A stretch of 55,190 bases of DNA, filler included, from Sphacelaria rigidula (Eukaryota): NCBI GenBank assembly GCA_964200075.2. It is 4 parts of 4 records of this genome, joined end to end, with 100 filler letters (N's around TTAATTAATTAA, not from the genome) between each part and the next. Parts side by side here need not be neighbours in the genome. Positions count along the whole stretch, not along the records: positions 1 to 13,723 come from CAXNAA020002700.1; 3 more parts are not named here. One strand, written 5' to 3'. Position numbers and translations under genes: made by a program. Of this stretch, positions 1 through 12,118 are shown piece after piece. The first letter of the stretch is position 1. Every line of letters starts with the position of its first letter. Below the pieces are notes generated by a model, which made no database searches, was not told the origin of the DNA, and saw only the letters and a list, made by a program, of their open reading frames with translations.

Positions 1-116
1 GGATGGCAGCCTACAATGGGTTGCTTTATTTTCTGGTATCGCCACTTCCAGAGACAGCCACGGCTTTTACACTGCCTCATGGGAGCCCCACCATCATCAT
101 GGAGGGGGGGGGGGGC
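1..116 (+). repeat. Dispersed repeat family E, followed by a G-tract
   Basis: ggatggcagcctacaatgggttgctttattttctggtatcgccacttccagagacagccacgg matches 13850-13933 and the reverse complement of 17516-17600. Confidence 0.75.
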
Positions 117-949
117 ACGAACATCAAGCACCTATATCGCGCAGTCCAACACGCGAGAAAAAGTGCGCCGTTGCAATCTAGTCAGTAGCCAGATCTATAT
201 CACTGGGATCGTGCCTCCGTCCAGTGCTCATGATTCGTCAGTGTTCTCACCTACGCTTGTTGCGCGCGAAGTACGTACAATACGGTGGCTCACGTGATCC
301 ACCGCACACGCGGTATTTATTTCGTCATTTTCGTTTCATTTCTCGACATCGCCTATAATAGAAACGAGAAGTAAACTGCGATGAAGGGATCACCGTCCAG
401 CACGGTGCTTCTGTAAATAATCTGGGTGGGTCAACAGGCGCTTCGACTACATGTACACAATTGTCTTCCACAACTTTCGGATCGGCAGCCAACAGCAACG
501 GGCCCTATGGAGCAAGCTAGGCACCCCCACCCTCCAGGAGCCCTTAGATGATCAAGGCAAAAACTGCCGAAACACAATTCCGTCCTGTTTCTCCAACACT
601 GAACGAAATTGAAGAACGCCTCCACCACAGAGGGGTCTCGTGTATGTGCTAATCTCAAACTAAGGTGCTAGTTACCATGTGTGCCCCACGGTGAGGAGGT
701 ATCGGTTCTACAGCGTCTCGTGCAAGGCAAAAACTATCGCCGACGTCCACCGTTTGAAGTTCGACCTACAACCTGAAATTTCTCCACGCCCATCATGATC
801 ACGTGAGTGTCAGCAAACGACTAAATCACATGAATGCGATGGGGTTGAAGACAAATATGAGAGTGACTTTCTTTCAGTACGCTTGATGAACTATTTGGCT
901 CTAGTGCAGTACTTGAGCCCAGCATGGTAAAACAGCACTAAACTCGAAC

Positions 950-3900
950 CTGTGTGGCGGCCTTCCATTTTCCTGCGTTCCCAACCTTCACAGTATCCCT
1001 CGAACCCAACTGGGCCATCCACTCACGGAGGGCGCTGATCTAGGGATATATCAGAGCAAAGTACACGAAGAACACACAACACGGTGCACGCCACAAGACC
1101 GGGGCACACATGAACTCGTTGGCTCGCGGGTGTGAAACACCGAACAACATTTGTCTGAGAGAAGCAGTAGAGCGCAGTTAGTTTGATTTGATTGATTGAT
1201 GGATTGGCTGACGCACATTAACTGGGGAGCAGAGTGACCATATTGAGAGCTGTGATTGGTCAGAGTGGTCACTCGAGATGCACCGACATGGTCTACCTCC
1301 CAGTCACGCTGTATTTGACCACCTTAGTCATGAACATCATCCAACAACAGATGACATGGGCACGAGTAACGTGCTTTTTACTCGGCTCGTAGACTTCACC
1401 GCCTGCCTGATCCCTCTTGCGTTACCAGCATAGATTCACACTGCCTGTAGTGTTGTAGAGCACTCAACAGACACTAACAGCGTGCTGTAGACTGTTCGAT
1501 GGAGAGCCCTGGCACGTTGACTTTTTTTCTCGTTGTATCCAGCCAAGACAATCAAAATACATACTGACTGCACGCACTTGACTGTCGGGCAAAACCTGGT
1601 CAGGGGTTCTCCAGGACCATGATCCGATAACTGCAACAGAGAGCCCACGTAGTCTCAACCCCGCTTCTGAGTCATTGGTACAGGTGACTCCAACAGTGAT
1701 CGGCGTGCCACATCATGAACAAATCCGATATCCTGTGTAACCGAATAACAAACAGTTGCAGAGCAGACTACCAAGTGTGATCCCGTAGCCCGTGAAGTGA
1801 ATGGTGACGTCTCGCTCCCATCAATCCCGGTGTACTGCTTACCGTTAGTTCCCTGCAAAGAATGATGGCTGAACACACCGTCATCCATGGGCCTAGCCGC
1901 TGTGAGAGCAGAATTAATGCCGTCGAAACCATGAGCTGTGTGGTACGGCACCACGCGCGAACACACGGGGGGATGTTACGGGCCAAAAATGTTAGGAGGC
2001 GTATGCGGGGGCGGCGGGGGCAGGAAACTGTAAGGACAAAAAGCTTGGAACGGCGGAAGCGAAGCACGGACAAAGCTCAGCTCAAGATTCGCCTCAGCAG
2101 AACATGACTGAGCCTACGCCTTCCACTGTGCTATACACAGCCATGCCCAACAAGGAGGGAAAATCCGACATCATGGCGCTTTAAAAGCTGCGTTCGCCCA
2201 ATAACACGACAATCATTCACCACAACTTCGTTCAATGGCTGCGGGAGAGACCCCGAATCTTTGAGCGCGTGACTAATCGATGCTGAAATAAAGAAGAACA
2301 GTCCGCCGTAGCTCAAATGGGGTTGCGGTATCTTCTCCGCTCCGGAACATATAATCGCACGTTCGAAGCTTAATTGCAGCCGTTTCGCTTCGACTTCACG
2401 CCATCGTACAGATTACCACGCGTTGTTCTATTACCGCTAGTAGCTGGTTGGCAGCAGCTCACCTCGTGCATATTTTGTTATGTTCATATTTTTCCAGTCT
2501 GTTGTCGCCCTTTTTCATTTCAGCCCCCTCTACACACAAGCCCGACATAGGGCGCAGCATAGTACCGTGCAGTATTGTTAGAACCACAACTGGCTTGTGG
2601 TGTTCTTGTAGGTTCACAGGCTGGGGTGTTTAGAGTTCTCGCTTGTGGTGCGGCTTGCTGGTCGTGGTCGAAAGTGTCGAGCTGGTGTCCCAAAAAGATG
2701 TTGGTCGGTTGACGTTTTATTATACTGCTTAGGGTGTACACCAGTCCTTGACTTGCTGCTGGTGTGGCTCTCGGAGGACTGACCCACGATGGGCAAGCAC
2801 CACACGCTCAAATTCCCCTTGAACCCCTGTCTACATTCACACATCCGTGGTGCTCATTCTCTTCGCAAATAGCAAGCCCCCAGTCCCCCATATTATGCTA
2901 CTTTCAACTGCAACTTCCTGTTGTTGGCTGAACCTACTTGTATCGCACTGCACATCTATCTGAGATATATCACCAAGCCAGCTCTTCTCAAAACCGAGCA
3001 CGAATAATTAAGACCTGGATGATACAACTATTTTCCAGTTTCCACTAGATCCAAGTCATTCGTTATTCTGCACGCAGACTGGAACCCACGCAGGGCGTCT
3101 GCATGCGGGACCCTTCTTTATTCGTATCTCGTACACCTGCATGGCTAATACGTCCATGTATACTTCAACACCATATCCTTATATTATACCGGTAATTGCT
3201 CTTCGTAACGGTAGCCGAAACCCAGGCCAAGTTTGTGATCACGACAGTACACTACAGCGTGTTGCTCGAACACGCACTTGCAAAAACACGAACAGCAATA
3301 CGCAGAATGATGCGACAATGTATGCGGCAGTTTCTGAAGGCACTGCTCCTCAGCTTCCTGCGAATGCCGCCGTGTTGGGTACACTGTACGTTGTCTGCAC
3401 TGTGCATTTCACTGCTCCGTTTTTCGCGCTGCATATTCTACACGGGGGAACATGCAGGCAGCGCTGCTGCCGCCACCGGTGCTTGTAAAGCACCGGGCTG
3501 CCACGGAGCACCCACTACAGACCAGCAGAACAGCGCTTTCGATGTGAGGTTTGGTGATGGTGGCAGCCATACATCAGCTACACTGATGAGGCGGTCGTCT
3601 TTTGCACGGAACGGGCAGCGTTTCGTGTTCGTCTCCCGTATTCCAACTGTGGACTGGTCTACCCCCCGCCGGGTCTGACGTGGGACGGCTAATTTGTCGT
3701 CTGGTTCGCCCGAACAATCGAGTGATTCGGAATCCAAATACACATGTTGAGTGAGAAACCACTGCCCTCTTGATCGCAATTGCGGACAGATAACGTTCAG
3801 CGGCATTAGGTGACGCACATTTTCCACGCTGATCACTATCCGGTGACATCATGGCGTCGACCACACCCGCGAATAACCACCATTCGACGATCTCCTTGGT

Positions 3901-5704
3901 TGTTGGTGGGCCGTGGGTGCCCAGAGGTCAACCTTTTTGACTGAGCCTCATCCCCGGACACTGGTTTCGCTGACAATTACAGTGGTGAATATGGTGAAAG
4001 GCGCACGCCTTCTACAGCGATGGGCATGTTCGACTACCTGATGCATGGCACAGATGGCAAGCGGAGTGACGACGGGGCCAATCCAAGCCAGGATTATGTT
4101 CCTCCACAGACTTCTTGATACTTGCCTGCCTCGCAACGAAGACGAATTTCCTCATTTTCTGAAAAACACTCCGGGTAGGCTATTCAGGAGGGAGAGCTTT
4201 TTTTACGTTGTCGCTACCACCCCACCCTTCTCTAGGCCATCAAAAGGGCTGAAGACCCACTGTATATATATATATATATATATGTGTAGAGAGAACGCCA
4301 GGCATACAGCGATTACACGCTGATTGTTTTGTGCCATGACAGTCATGTTCAGTCATTTCATGATGGCAAGAATACGCGTGTGTAAACCAGCAGCAGCAGC
4401 AGCAGCGTACAGGAACACAGATAGAATAGATAGTAGAGTTGGAACGATTTGACATGCATGCGACATCGAAACATGCTCGAGGCGCCAGCAATGCCCCGAA
4501 GTATCCAGGCTGCGCCGAAGAGTACGTGCAAGCATACACCGCGGCGGTCATCGCGAGTGGGCACCAGAGGCCATTCACATGACGATGAAATGATGAACAT
4601 TGCACAGTACTTTACAGTCAACACCGTTCATTACCCCTGACTGTAAGGCCAAATCCAGATTTTTTTCAACATCAGCTTTCATACAAACGTTCACGATCCA
4701 TCCGTGTATGCCAGTACGCGTTATTCTCCGTCACATAAATTCAACTCCAGGCTCCTAGTAAGCCCCATCGGGCAATCTGATTCCCCTTTATGGCCAAAGA
4801 GCTCAGGCAAGCACTAGGGGCCACGTGCTTCTCGTCACTTTGGCGCATGCGAAATGTCAGTGGCGGAGAGGCGTGCAAAAACACTCGCAGTTATGACCTT
4901 ACACGGGTATGAACGACACGGTATTGTTCCGCTTACCAACCTTCATGGCTCGGGAAAGTTCAAGATTTTGAGGCATAATATCTCAGCAACACAGTCACTA
5001 CTCTGTGATACTCTCCCGTTTTCCCCCTGGGCCAGCGTTTGAATCTTCACCTGAAATTTCACACACGCGCACGCATTTATTACACGCCGAGACTACCGTT
5101 ATTCGTTTTCATTTGCCCCAGTGTGGTAAAGTTCTTCGACATCGAGAAGGAAATCCGCTTGACTGAAATCAGACAAGCGAAGCTGAAAGGAAGCAAGCGG
5201 CCATCATCTCCTATTCTCCTCCGGACAAATGTGGGTAACCAATCAAGAACTCGAACGTTGGTCTGACAAAAGTTGTAGAAGGTCGTTGTCGTTCGCGGTG
5301 GAACCAATCAATTGGTGCCTCTCACCTTGTCAGCAACGGGGTCAAGAAACGCTCCAAAGGGGGTCACAATCCCCTGCTTTCGCGCGATGTACCCATCCAG
5401 CCAATCCGTCACTGCTGCTCCCGCGAAAATCGAGGAGCACCATACATTGCGCCGGGGAAAATCTGCGTAAAATACCGTCGCAAAAACCTACCGGCGGCAA
5501 GAATGATTTGGGGCCAGCAAGACCAACGTAAGCTTGCGGTTGAAAACACTCAAGCACGCCCTGCGCGGAGGTGATGCATTCTGCCCAATAGTAGACTCCT
5601 ACCAGTGTGCGCAATATTCGTGTCAATTCCGGGCACGTGGCGAATACCTGCACACCTTAAAGCTGCCCTGCCTCCTCCCCGCTCGGTCGACTACAACACA
5701 TGCG

Positions 5705-5741
<37 letters not shown>

Positions 5742-5749
5742 CTCGTCCA

Positions 5750-5780
<31 letters not shown>

Positions 5781-6159
5781 TTTCATTTTCATCGATATTC
5801 TAGCCTTACTCGACTCCGGAAAGACCCGCGGTGAGGCGATGTCAAAAGTCCTCCCAGTCGGAAATCCCTATACCTGAAAACAATGAATACATCCTGAATA
5901 CACCTAAATCTGTTCGAAAACGGACACTCACCGGAATAGCAACAACCCGAGCCATGGTGATAATATTCGGCAAGTTCCAAATGCTGGGTGGTGTAGACGC
6001 TGTCCCCTTCCCGTCAACACTCATCGCCGCCGGCGGCGGTGGTGGAACGGGACCCGCAGATCCGATTCTTGTGTCACCGACCACGTCTACTCCCCCTTCG
6101 CCTGCAGGCGTTCCAGATATTTCTGATCCTTCGGGTTCGCCTGGTCCCGTGGCGACCAT
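950..6159 (-). CDS. pgsA: CDP-diacylglycerol--glycerol-3-phosphate 3-phosphatidyltransferase (PgsA/PGP synthase-like, CDP-alcohol phosphotransferase family); spliced, 3'-partial
   Basis: Four GT-AG exons join in frame, all phase 0. 6159-5932: MVATG...WNLPNIITMARVVAIP. 5487-5326: VFATVFYADFPRRNVWCSSIFAGAAVTDWLDGYIARKQGIVTPFGAFLDPVADK, carrying the DG-x2-AR-x8-G-x3-D-x3-D motif. 1935-1843: LMVSTALILLSQRLGPWMTVCSAIILCRELT. 1039-950: ISALREWMAQLGSRDTVKVGNAGKWKAATQ. The final exon(s) were not found before the contig end. Confidence 0.93.
1240..1620 (-). mobile_element. Internal fragment related to the piggyBac-type MITE family
   Basis: Shares blocks with 6580-6940 (cgttgtatccagc, acatactgactg, caaaacc...gggttctc). 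No termini seen. Confidence 0.5.
5706..5778. repeat. Poly(C) tracts in intron 1 of the PgsA-like gene
   Basis: Two long C-runs separated by gctcgtccacctcca. Confidence 0.9.
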
Positions 6160-6377
6160 TTGTTGGACGGTGTGAGGGTCCAGGCTTTGCTGCGTGCGTC
6201 CGCTGGCGGCGTCTGCGAAGATGTTGGGCTGCGTCGAATGTCCCGTTGCTGAACCCTGTTTTGTCGTTTCGTTCGGTAAGCGGGCGGGGGAAGGGCATTT
6301 TCAACCTACACATGTCGGTCCTAGTACAGACATCTTGAAAAATACTCGCCTTTTGAGTCAAAATGCAACACTTTCAA

Positions 6378-7228
6378 CCCTTGGACAGCGAGGATCACCT
6401 CGGAACAGTTTCACAGGCTAGCAGTCCGACGACATCCGGGGGTTTCCATTAGGCGGGGAGTGGGGTTTTTCTGTCCCCAGAGCAGCCGCGAAGCTCACCG
6501 AGTCAGCCACGTGTGTTTGAAAGTTTCCCGCGGAAGATTCCAAGTCAGGAACGAGGCCCGAGAGGCGCGGAATGACCATTCTGACCAATCACGGCCGTCA
6601 AAATGAGCAGGTAGTTCCCCACACGTGGACTACTTCGCTGTCTAGCCGTATTCCTCGATTTGGTCATGCAAATGACGCGTTTCGTCCACTGCTCGTGTTG
6701 TTTGACACCTGGCTGACGCCGCATGGGTTTCCAGCATAGCTTCACACTGTAGTGCTGATGTGGAACACTAAGGAGAGGCATCAGCAGCAGGCAGTAAATT
6801 GTGTTCAGTGGAGAGCGGTGACACGCTGACTGTTTGTCGCCGTTGTATCCAGCGATGACATACCTCACACATACTGACTGACTGCGCGCTATAGACTGCA
6901 AGGTCAAAACCGGTCTGGGGTTTTCCGGAACAGGGTTCTCTGTAGATGCCTAGTATCCACATGATTATGAAAAAAGGGTTTTTGTGCCGCGAGAACAGAG
7001 CTGTTCTGAAGCCCAAATGTGGCATAGTCCATCTCAATCCACCTACGGGGGCGTACTCATTTGTTGCTTGCCTTAGTCATTTGACCATTGACCACGCATC
7101 CCTTTCGAGACGGAGCAATCCACCTACGGGGGGGGAGGGGAGGCGTACTCATTTGTCGCTTACCGTTTGATCATTGACCACGCACCCCTTTCGAAACGGA
7201 GCACCTGCGGTGGGTCGCTATGTAAGAG
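6378..7228 (-). mobile_element. piggyBac-type non-autonomous element (MITE) carrying two nested retroposon inserts
   Basis: TIRs CCCTTGGACAGCGA / CTCTTACATAGCGA, flanked by TCAA and TTAA. The body is homologous, in opposite orientation, to 45610-46160. Confidence 0.75.
7052..7201 (-). mobile_element. Two tandem copies of a short C-tailed retroposon-like element (family D)
   Basis: 7052-7115 and 7144-7201 are reverse complements of CTCCGTCTCGAAAGGGATGCGTGGTCAATGGTCAAA...AGCAACAAATGAGTACG. A 17-bp direct repeat caatccacctacggggg lies at 7035-7051 and 7116-7132. Confidence 0.75.
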
Positions 7229-7669
7229 TTAACATGTGTTATCTGAGTCCAAACACTGTCACATTCACCTTGAACGGGGCAAATGGACCTCACCCACAAG
7301 GATCACCCGTATAGATGGGATTATCAAACGAGTTCTTGTCGTGACCCCTTTCCCCAGGCAGTTCATATCATGTGTGTGTGCGCACACATGACTTGTCCTT
7401 TCCGGCACCACGCCGTGCGGGGTAATGCTCCAAATCTCCAAACCAGACACAAGAGCATTGACACAGACTTGACAAGGTTTGGTGTGGATAGCCGCGGCGT
7501 ATCATCACAACGTTTGCCTTTCACGGGAGTTTCACCAGCACTGTGCCCTCACTTCCTTGGAGGAAAATGTATTGCTTCCTACACATAGCATTGTCGATAG
7601 TGTACTTGGAATGTATCCCAGCTCTAGCACTGTATCCTAGCACTGTCTGTGCAGTTCAAGCATGGAGAC

Positions 7670-8288
7670 GGTCGCCCCGGTGGCTCAGTTGCCAACCTCG
7701 AAAACCGTCCAAGGGTCGGACGAATCAATGATTCGTCTGGAAATTACTTGGTTTTGTTGTAATTGATTCAAATTGTACGAATCAATCCCTAGGCTTTGAT
7801 GTCACCGTTGCAACCCAGGTACACGCAGCCCAGGCACGTGGAATGGCGCAAAAGTTGCGTGGACCGGCGGTCAACTTTTTTCTCCCTTTCGGGCAACCAG
7901 GCCGAAGAAATCGTGGATTTGGTGATTCGGACCCGTGATGATTCGTCCTAACCTTGAAACCTCCTGATGGTTGGGTTGTGGGTTCGAATCTCGGTGAAGT
8001 CACACAATCTGAGATTCCTTCTCACACAAAGTTCAGCAGTGGAGAGCGACCATGTCGTGGGTACATGAAAAAAACGACTTTACGGTCGACGAGGGGAAAG
8101 GGACTGCTTAACCCCTCTCGCGATGAAAAATAAGGCAAGCATCGCAGAAGGAAGGTGGCGAACTAAAACAAAATAACAAGAAAACATTCCTGTGTAACCC
8201 CGGCTGATGCGCCTACATATACCGAGAGGTGTAGACTGGCGTCCAGGATAGATGGTTTGACAACACACACGAATACGCACACGCACAC
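7670..8288 (+). mobile_element. tRNA-derived SINE family B, interrupted by a hAT-type MITE
   Basis: A-box-like TGGCTCAGTTG at about 7681 and B-box GGTTCGAATC at about 7982, separated by the MITE at 7710-7956. The body is colinear with 8695-9040 and 49936-50302. Confidence 0.75.
7710..7956. mobile_element. hAT-type MITE (about 250 bp)
   Basis: TIRs CAAGGGTCGGACGAATCA / CAAGGTTAGGACGAATCA; degenerate 8-bp TSD aaaccgtc/aaacctcc; a second copy lies at 46788-47036. Confidence 0.8.
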
Positions 8289-8694
8289 TGCTTGATGCTA
8301 CCGTACTGCATCATCTCTGCTACCCAGAACCACTTCCTCAATGTGAATCGCTGGGGTGAGAGAGTGCATTCTATTCCGAAGCAGGAATCGCACAAGAGCC
8401 ACGCGAAATCACCGAGTACTTTTGCCCAGAAAACACTGGGGGAAAACCGTGGACAAGCTGTACATCCCGTTTGTTGAGGCATCTGGAGTCTTTGGTGCGA
8501 GAGGGGACGACTCGGACATAATTTTCGGTTAAAATACGGCGAAGTTGGTCGCTTTGTTTGTGAACGGCAAAACATCGAGTTACTTTTTTCAAGCTCCGAC
8601 TGCTGGGGGTGCCCACGGTTGCGGTTTGGCGCTCCCGGGTGACCGCCCACTGTGACCGGCGAAGGCACGAGGTTAGTTAGAACTAGTACGAGCC

Positions 8695-9040
8695 GGTCGC
8701 CCCGGTAGCTCAGTTGGTAATCTCGGAACATTGTGACGGTTGGGTCGTGGGTTCGAATATCGGAGCAGTCTGGGAGTTTTTCTCACACAATACCCAAGAG
8801 TGAAGAGCTACCATTTCGTGGGTACACAAAATTCGACTTAATGGTCGATGACGGAAAGAGGCTGCTGAACCCCTCTCGCGAGAGAGATAAGCAACCACCG
8901 CAGAAGGGAGATGGAGAGCTACAAGAAATAAAAAATTAAAAAGTGCTGTGTTGGTCTTCCTCCTGTGTGACCCCGATTGGTGCGCCCACATATATCGGAA
9001 GATGTAGACCGGCGTCCAGGCTAGATAGGACGACAACACC
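8695..9040 (+). mobile_element. tRNA-derived SINE family B
   Basis: GGTCGCCCCGGTAGCTCAGTTGG (A box) ... GGTTCGAAT (B box), followed by a body of about 280 nt shared with two other copies. Confidence 0.8.
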
Positions 9041-9046
9041 GTACAA

Positions 9047-9345
9047 GTTTGTTTGTTTTTCTCACACTTTGAACCCCTCCCCTTCCTCGGGATGAGTTCG
9101 TGGTCTCAAGGGATCAACCCATCTCTCCCCCGGTACGCGCCCTTCATATTGGTCTCGGGGATTGGGTCAGCACTCCCGCACCGCGTCAACTTACGTCACA
9201 CACAGCCAGTCGAATACTTTGTTTACCCACGTATCACGCTTTCCACGGTGGAAATTATACATTTCGAAGAAAAAACCCAACGCATCGGGAATCGAACCCC
9301 CGTTCTCTCCACCTTAATGGCGACAGTCGGACCACCACCGGGGCG
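9047..9345 (-). mobile_element. tRNA-derived SINE family A
   Basis: The minus strand starts CGCCCCGGTGGT, has B box GGTTCGATTCC and ends in an A-rich/AAAC tail. The body (gtctcaagggatcaaccc, cagcactcccgcaccgcgtcaa) recurs elsewhere in the window. Confidence 0.78.
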
Positions 9346-9354
9346 CGGCGGCTG

Positions 9355-9586
9355 TAGTGTTGGGTAGGGTAAATACCCGGGAATTTACCCTCCCGAATTT
9401 CGTGTTGCGATGTATCCATCTCCAAACTCTAAACAAATTTTGGGTAAAGTTAGACAAGATCGCATTTTTTTATCCAATATCGTTGTGTTGCTGTTGAGTA
9501 CGATCTCAATACTTTACCCAAGTTTCGGGTACTCAGAGTATCATTTCCAAAATACCCAAATGTAAGACATACCCTACTCAACACAC
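9355..9586. mobile_element. MITE with hAT-like termini
   Basis: 15-bp TIR gtgttgggtagggta (9357-9371) versus taccctactcaacac (9570-9584), 1 mismatch. No TSD recognised. Confidence 0.55.
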
Positions 9587-11460
9587 CCGTGGAACAGTGC
9601 TACCTGAGAAGAACGACTGCTTCCCCGTGTACCTTGACTTTTTTCGCTTGAAAGCTGCACAGCGAGGGATGCGGCAAACGTTTTTTTTTGTGAATTTAGC
9701 TGAAAAATGGGCGCATTTTCCCCTTTTATGGCACGCGTGCTCAGTATCCCAAATTGGTGTACGTCGAGAGTTGCGCGCAAAAACGGTGTTGGGTTGCGCG
9801 TCAACATTGCCGCATGATTGCACAAGTAGTGCATCACCTTCAGTCATGAAGTTACTAAGGCATGACTTTAGCCGGAGCCTGCTCGATGTGTGCCTGGGGT
9901 TTGCGGGAAAATTGCTCTCACAGCTAACTGAGCAGGACGAGCACAAGTTCGTACACATACAAGCAACGCGCCTGGGACGACAGCGATCTGCTTGTCCCCC
10001 TCAGAGGCCCCCTCGGCTAGCACCTGCGCCGCGACGGCATCCTGGTCTCCGTCGTTGAATGCTTCGACAACAACCGCGGTGGGTAAAGTACGTGTGGAGG
10101 GGGTGGCTATCGCTCTGAACAATGAATCCGACAGCACACTCACGGCTGCATGATACACGGACAGCAAAAAGCGTGCACCTGCTTCGCTATATGGTGGCAA
10201 TATGTTGCTGCTCGCCTGTCGGGTTAAAAAAAACTTGATTTTGGGCCTATATTAATTAGTGTCTGGGGATTTTCAGTTTGCAGTTTTCGAGCGGAATTTC
10301 GGTATAGGTGATCGACGGGAAAAGTACTGTTTTCATCGGCGAATCGATTTCTCAATACACACGACGCAGATGAAGAAAAATCAACTCTCCTCTGTACGTA
10401 CGGAGAAACGCGACGTGACCTCTTCTTGACTGCCGTTCCGTAGTGGGACGCTAGCGGCGTGCGTAACAGGGGGTCTCGGAGTGTTGAGGATTCATCGGGG
10501 ACTGAGAGCGACGATCTATTTGACGACGAATTGCCGGCTACTTCGGCGCTGCTGTTTGTCCTTGCGATTCATTGTCTGATGACTATAGCATACTTTCTTT
10601 GCGACACATGATGTGTGTGGTATTTTGCCTTCTACACTATTTGTGTGCAATCTGTAAGTCTGTAGTGTGTGACCAAGTACGACCCCTCCTCCGAACAGTC
10701 ACGGCTGCCAGTTGGCATGCAAAACTTGAACTCCATGAGAAGCGATTTGAAATACAAGGTCGGAGAAAGAAAAATGCGTGGAAAAAAAACGCACGTATAT
10801 TTTCCTCAAACTACTACACTTCTGAAACTCCATTAGAAGTGGCCGCACTCACCCTCCCCGTCGTATGCCGGGTCGAGCCCGCGTGAGAGCTAGTAGCAGC
10901 AGCAGCGGCAGCCGCCCCCGATGATCGGGTCGATGACGACACCACCCCGACAGGGGCGAAGAACGCTCCCCCGAAACTGGAGAGAAAAATCAACCTGCCC
11001 GAGTGTTTCGTGTTTGGTTCGGTCCAGATATAAAAAAACATCTTCAGAGAAGTAAGGGAACGAGTTTCATTATGACATTTCAAACGTGCACTGTTATGCC
11101 TTTTCAATACTGTGGAGGCGGTATCTTAGCGGCTTAGGCGTGAAGAGAATCCGCACCTCGTCTCAGATGACGCTGAAACTGGGAGAATGTGTAGATTGGT
11201 ATTAGAGGAAGGCGTCACAGTCACAGCTGCGGCAGGGGAAGTCGCTGATAGCCCGGTCTGCATTCATACGGTGGATAATCACTGGGCGTGGGATTTTGTT
11301 TTCTCAACACCCTGCTGTCTGATGACGACTATAGTGGGTACAGTGACAGTTGAGCACGCTGGCTGCAACGGATCCTGCAGGCCTCATCATCAATCTTCGC
11401 CCAGTTATGAATGAACACTCGAAGAAGCCCAACAAACAAGCATCGTTTATGATCCGCTGT

Positions 11461-11469
11461 TATATATAC

Positions 11470-11500
<31 letters not shown>
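11461..11500. repeat. (TA)n microsatellite
   Basis: tatatatacatatatatatacatatatata... Confidence 0.9.
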
Positions 11501-11864
11501 AAGGCTGGGAGGTGAACGTCTCCGCTCCAAAACGGTCGAGAGCCGAAGGTCAAGCTCCTGTCGCGCGACCAGTGGGTAGCGCGACGGGCCCTTGTCCGCG
11601 TACCTGATACGGGGGGTGACATCCTGGTACAGACAGTCCCACCACTACCGGGACGGCCGTGCAAACAGGCTGGAAGCCGGAGTGGGCGTTGCACTGGTAT
11701 TCTTCTAGCCTCATCAACTTAGATTTTCTCCGCATAGGCTTTGCACGTGATTATTTCGGTGATTGCCTCACTTCTATTTTGGCCATGTGCTGTTGACTAT
11801 TTCACACATCGGACGAGTCATTACTCGTCAAAACGAGTGCACTCGTGGATGTTTTTTGAAAACA

Positions 11865-12118
11865 CAACGAGCATGACTCGTGTGCTCGAGTCATTACTTT
11901 TTTTTACGACGAGCAATGACTCGTGTGCTGCCCGTATTAAGTTTTTTCCACAACGAGCAATGACTCGAGTGCTCGCCCTATTAACTTTTTCTCACAACGA
12001 GCAATGACTCGAGTGCTCGCCCTATTAAGTTTTCTCCACAACGAGCATTGACTCGTGTGCTCGCCCTAGTATTTTTTTCCACAACGAGTAATGACTCGAG
12101 TGCTCGCCCAATTAATCA
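11865..12118 (+). repeat. Tandem array, 6 x 43-44 nt
   Basis: Unit approximately CAACGAGCAATGACTCGAGTGCTCGCCCTATTAAGTTTTTTCCA. Confidence 0.9.

Noticed and set aside
1050..1650. Solo LTR
   Set aside because: No TG...CA ends, PBS or TSD found. The homology is to TTAA-flanked piggyBac-type MITEs, and the region is an intron of the PgsA-like gene.
3440..4200. LINE endonuclease remnant (DHYP motif near 3830)
   Set aside because: Only a four-residue match in a stop-riddled frame; not enough support.
5534..5877. Poly-proline ORFs
   Set aside because: Translations of an intronic poly(C) tract on the strand opposite the gene.
8695..8770. tRNA gene
   Set aside because: A and B boxes are present but there is no complete cloverleaf, and the head continues into a body repeated three times, so it is a SINE.
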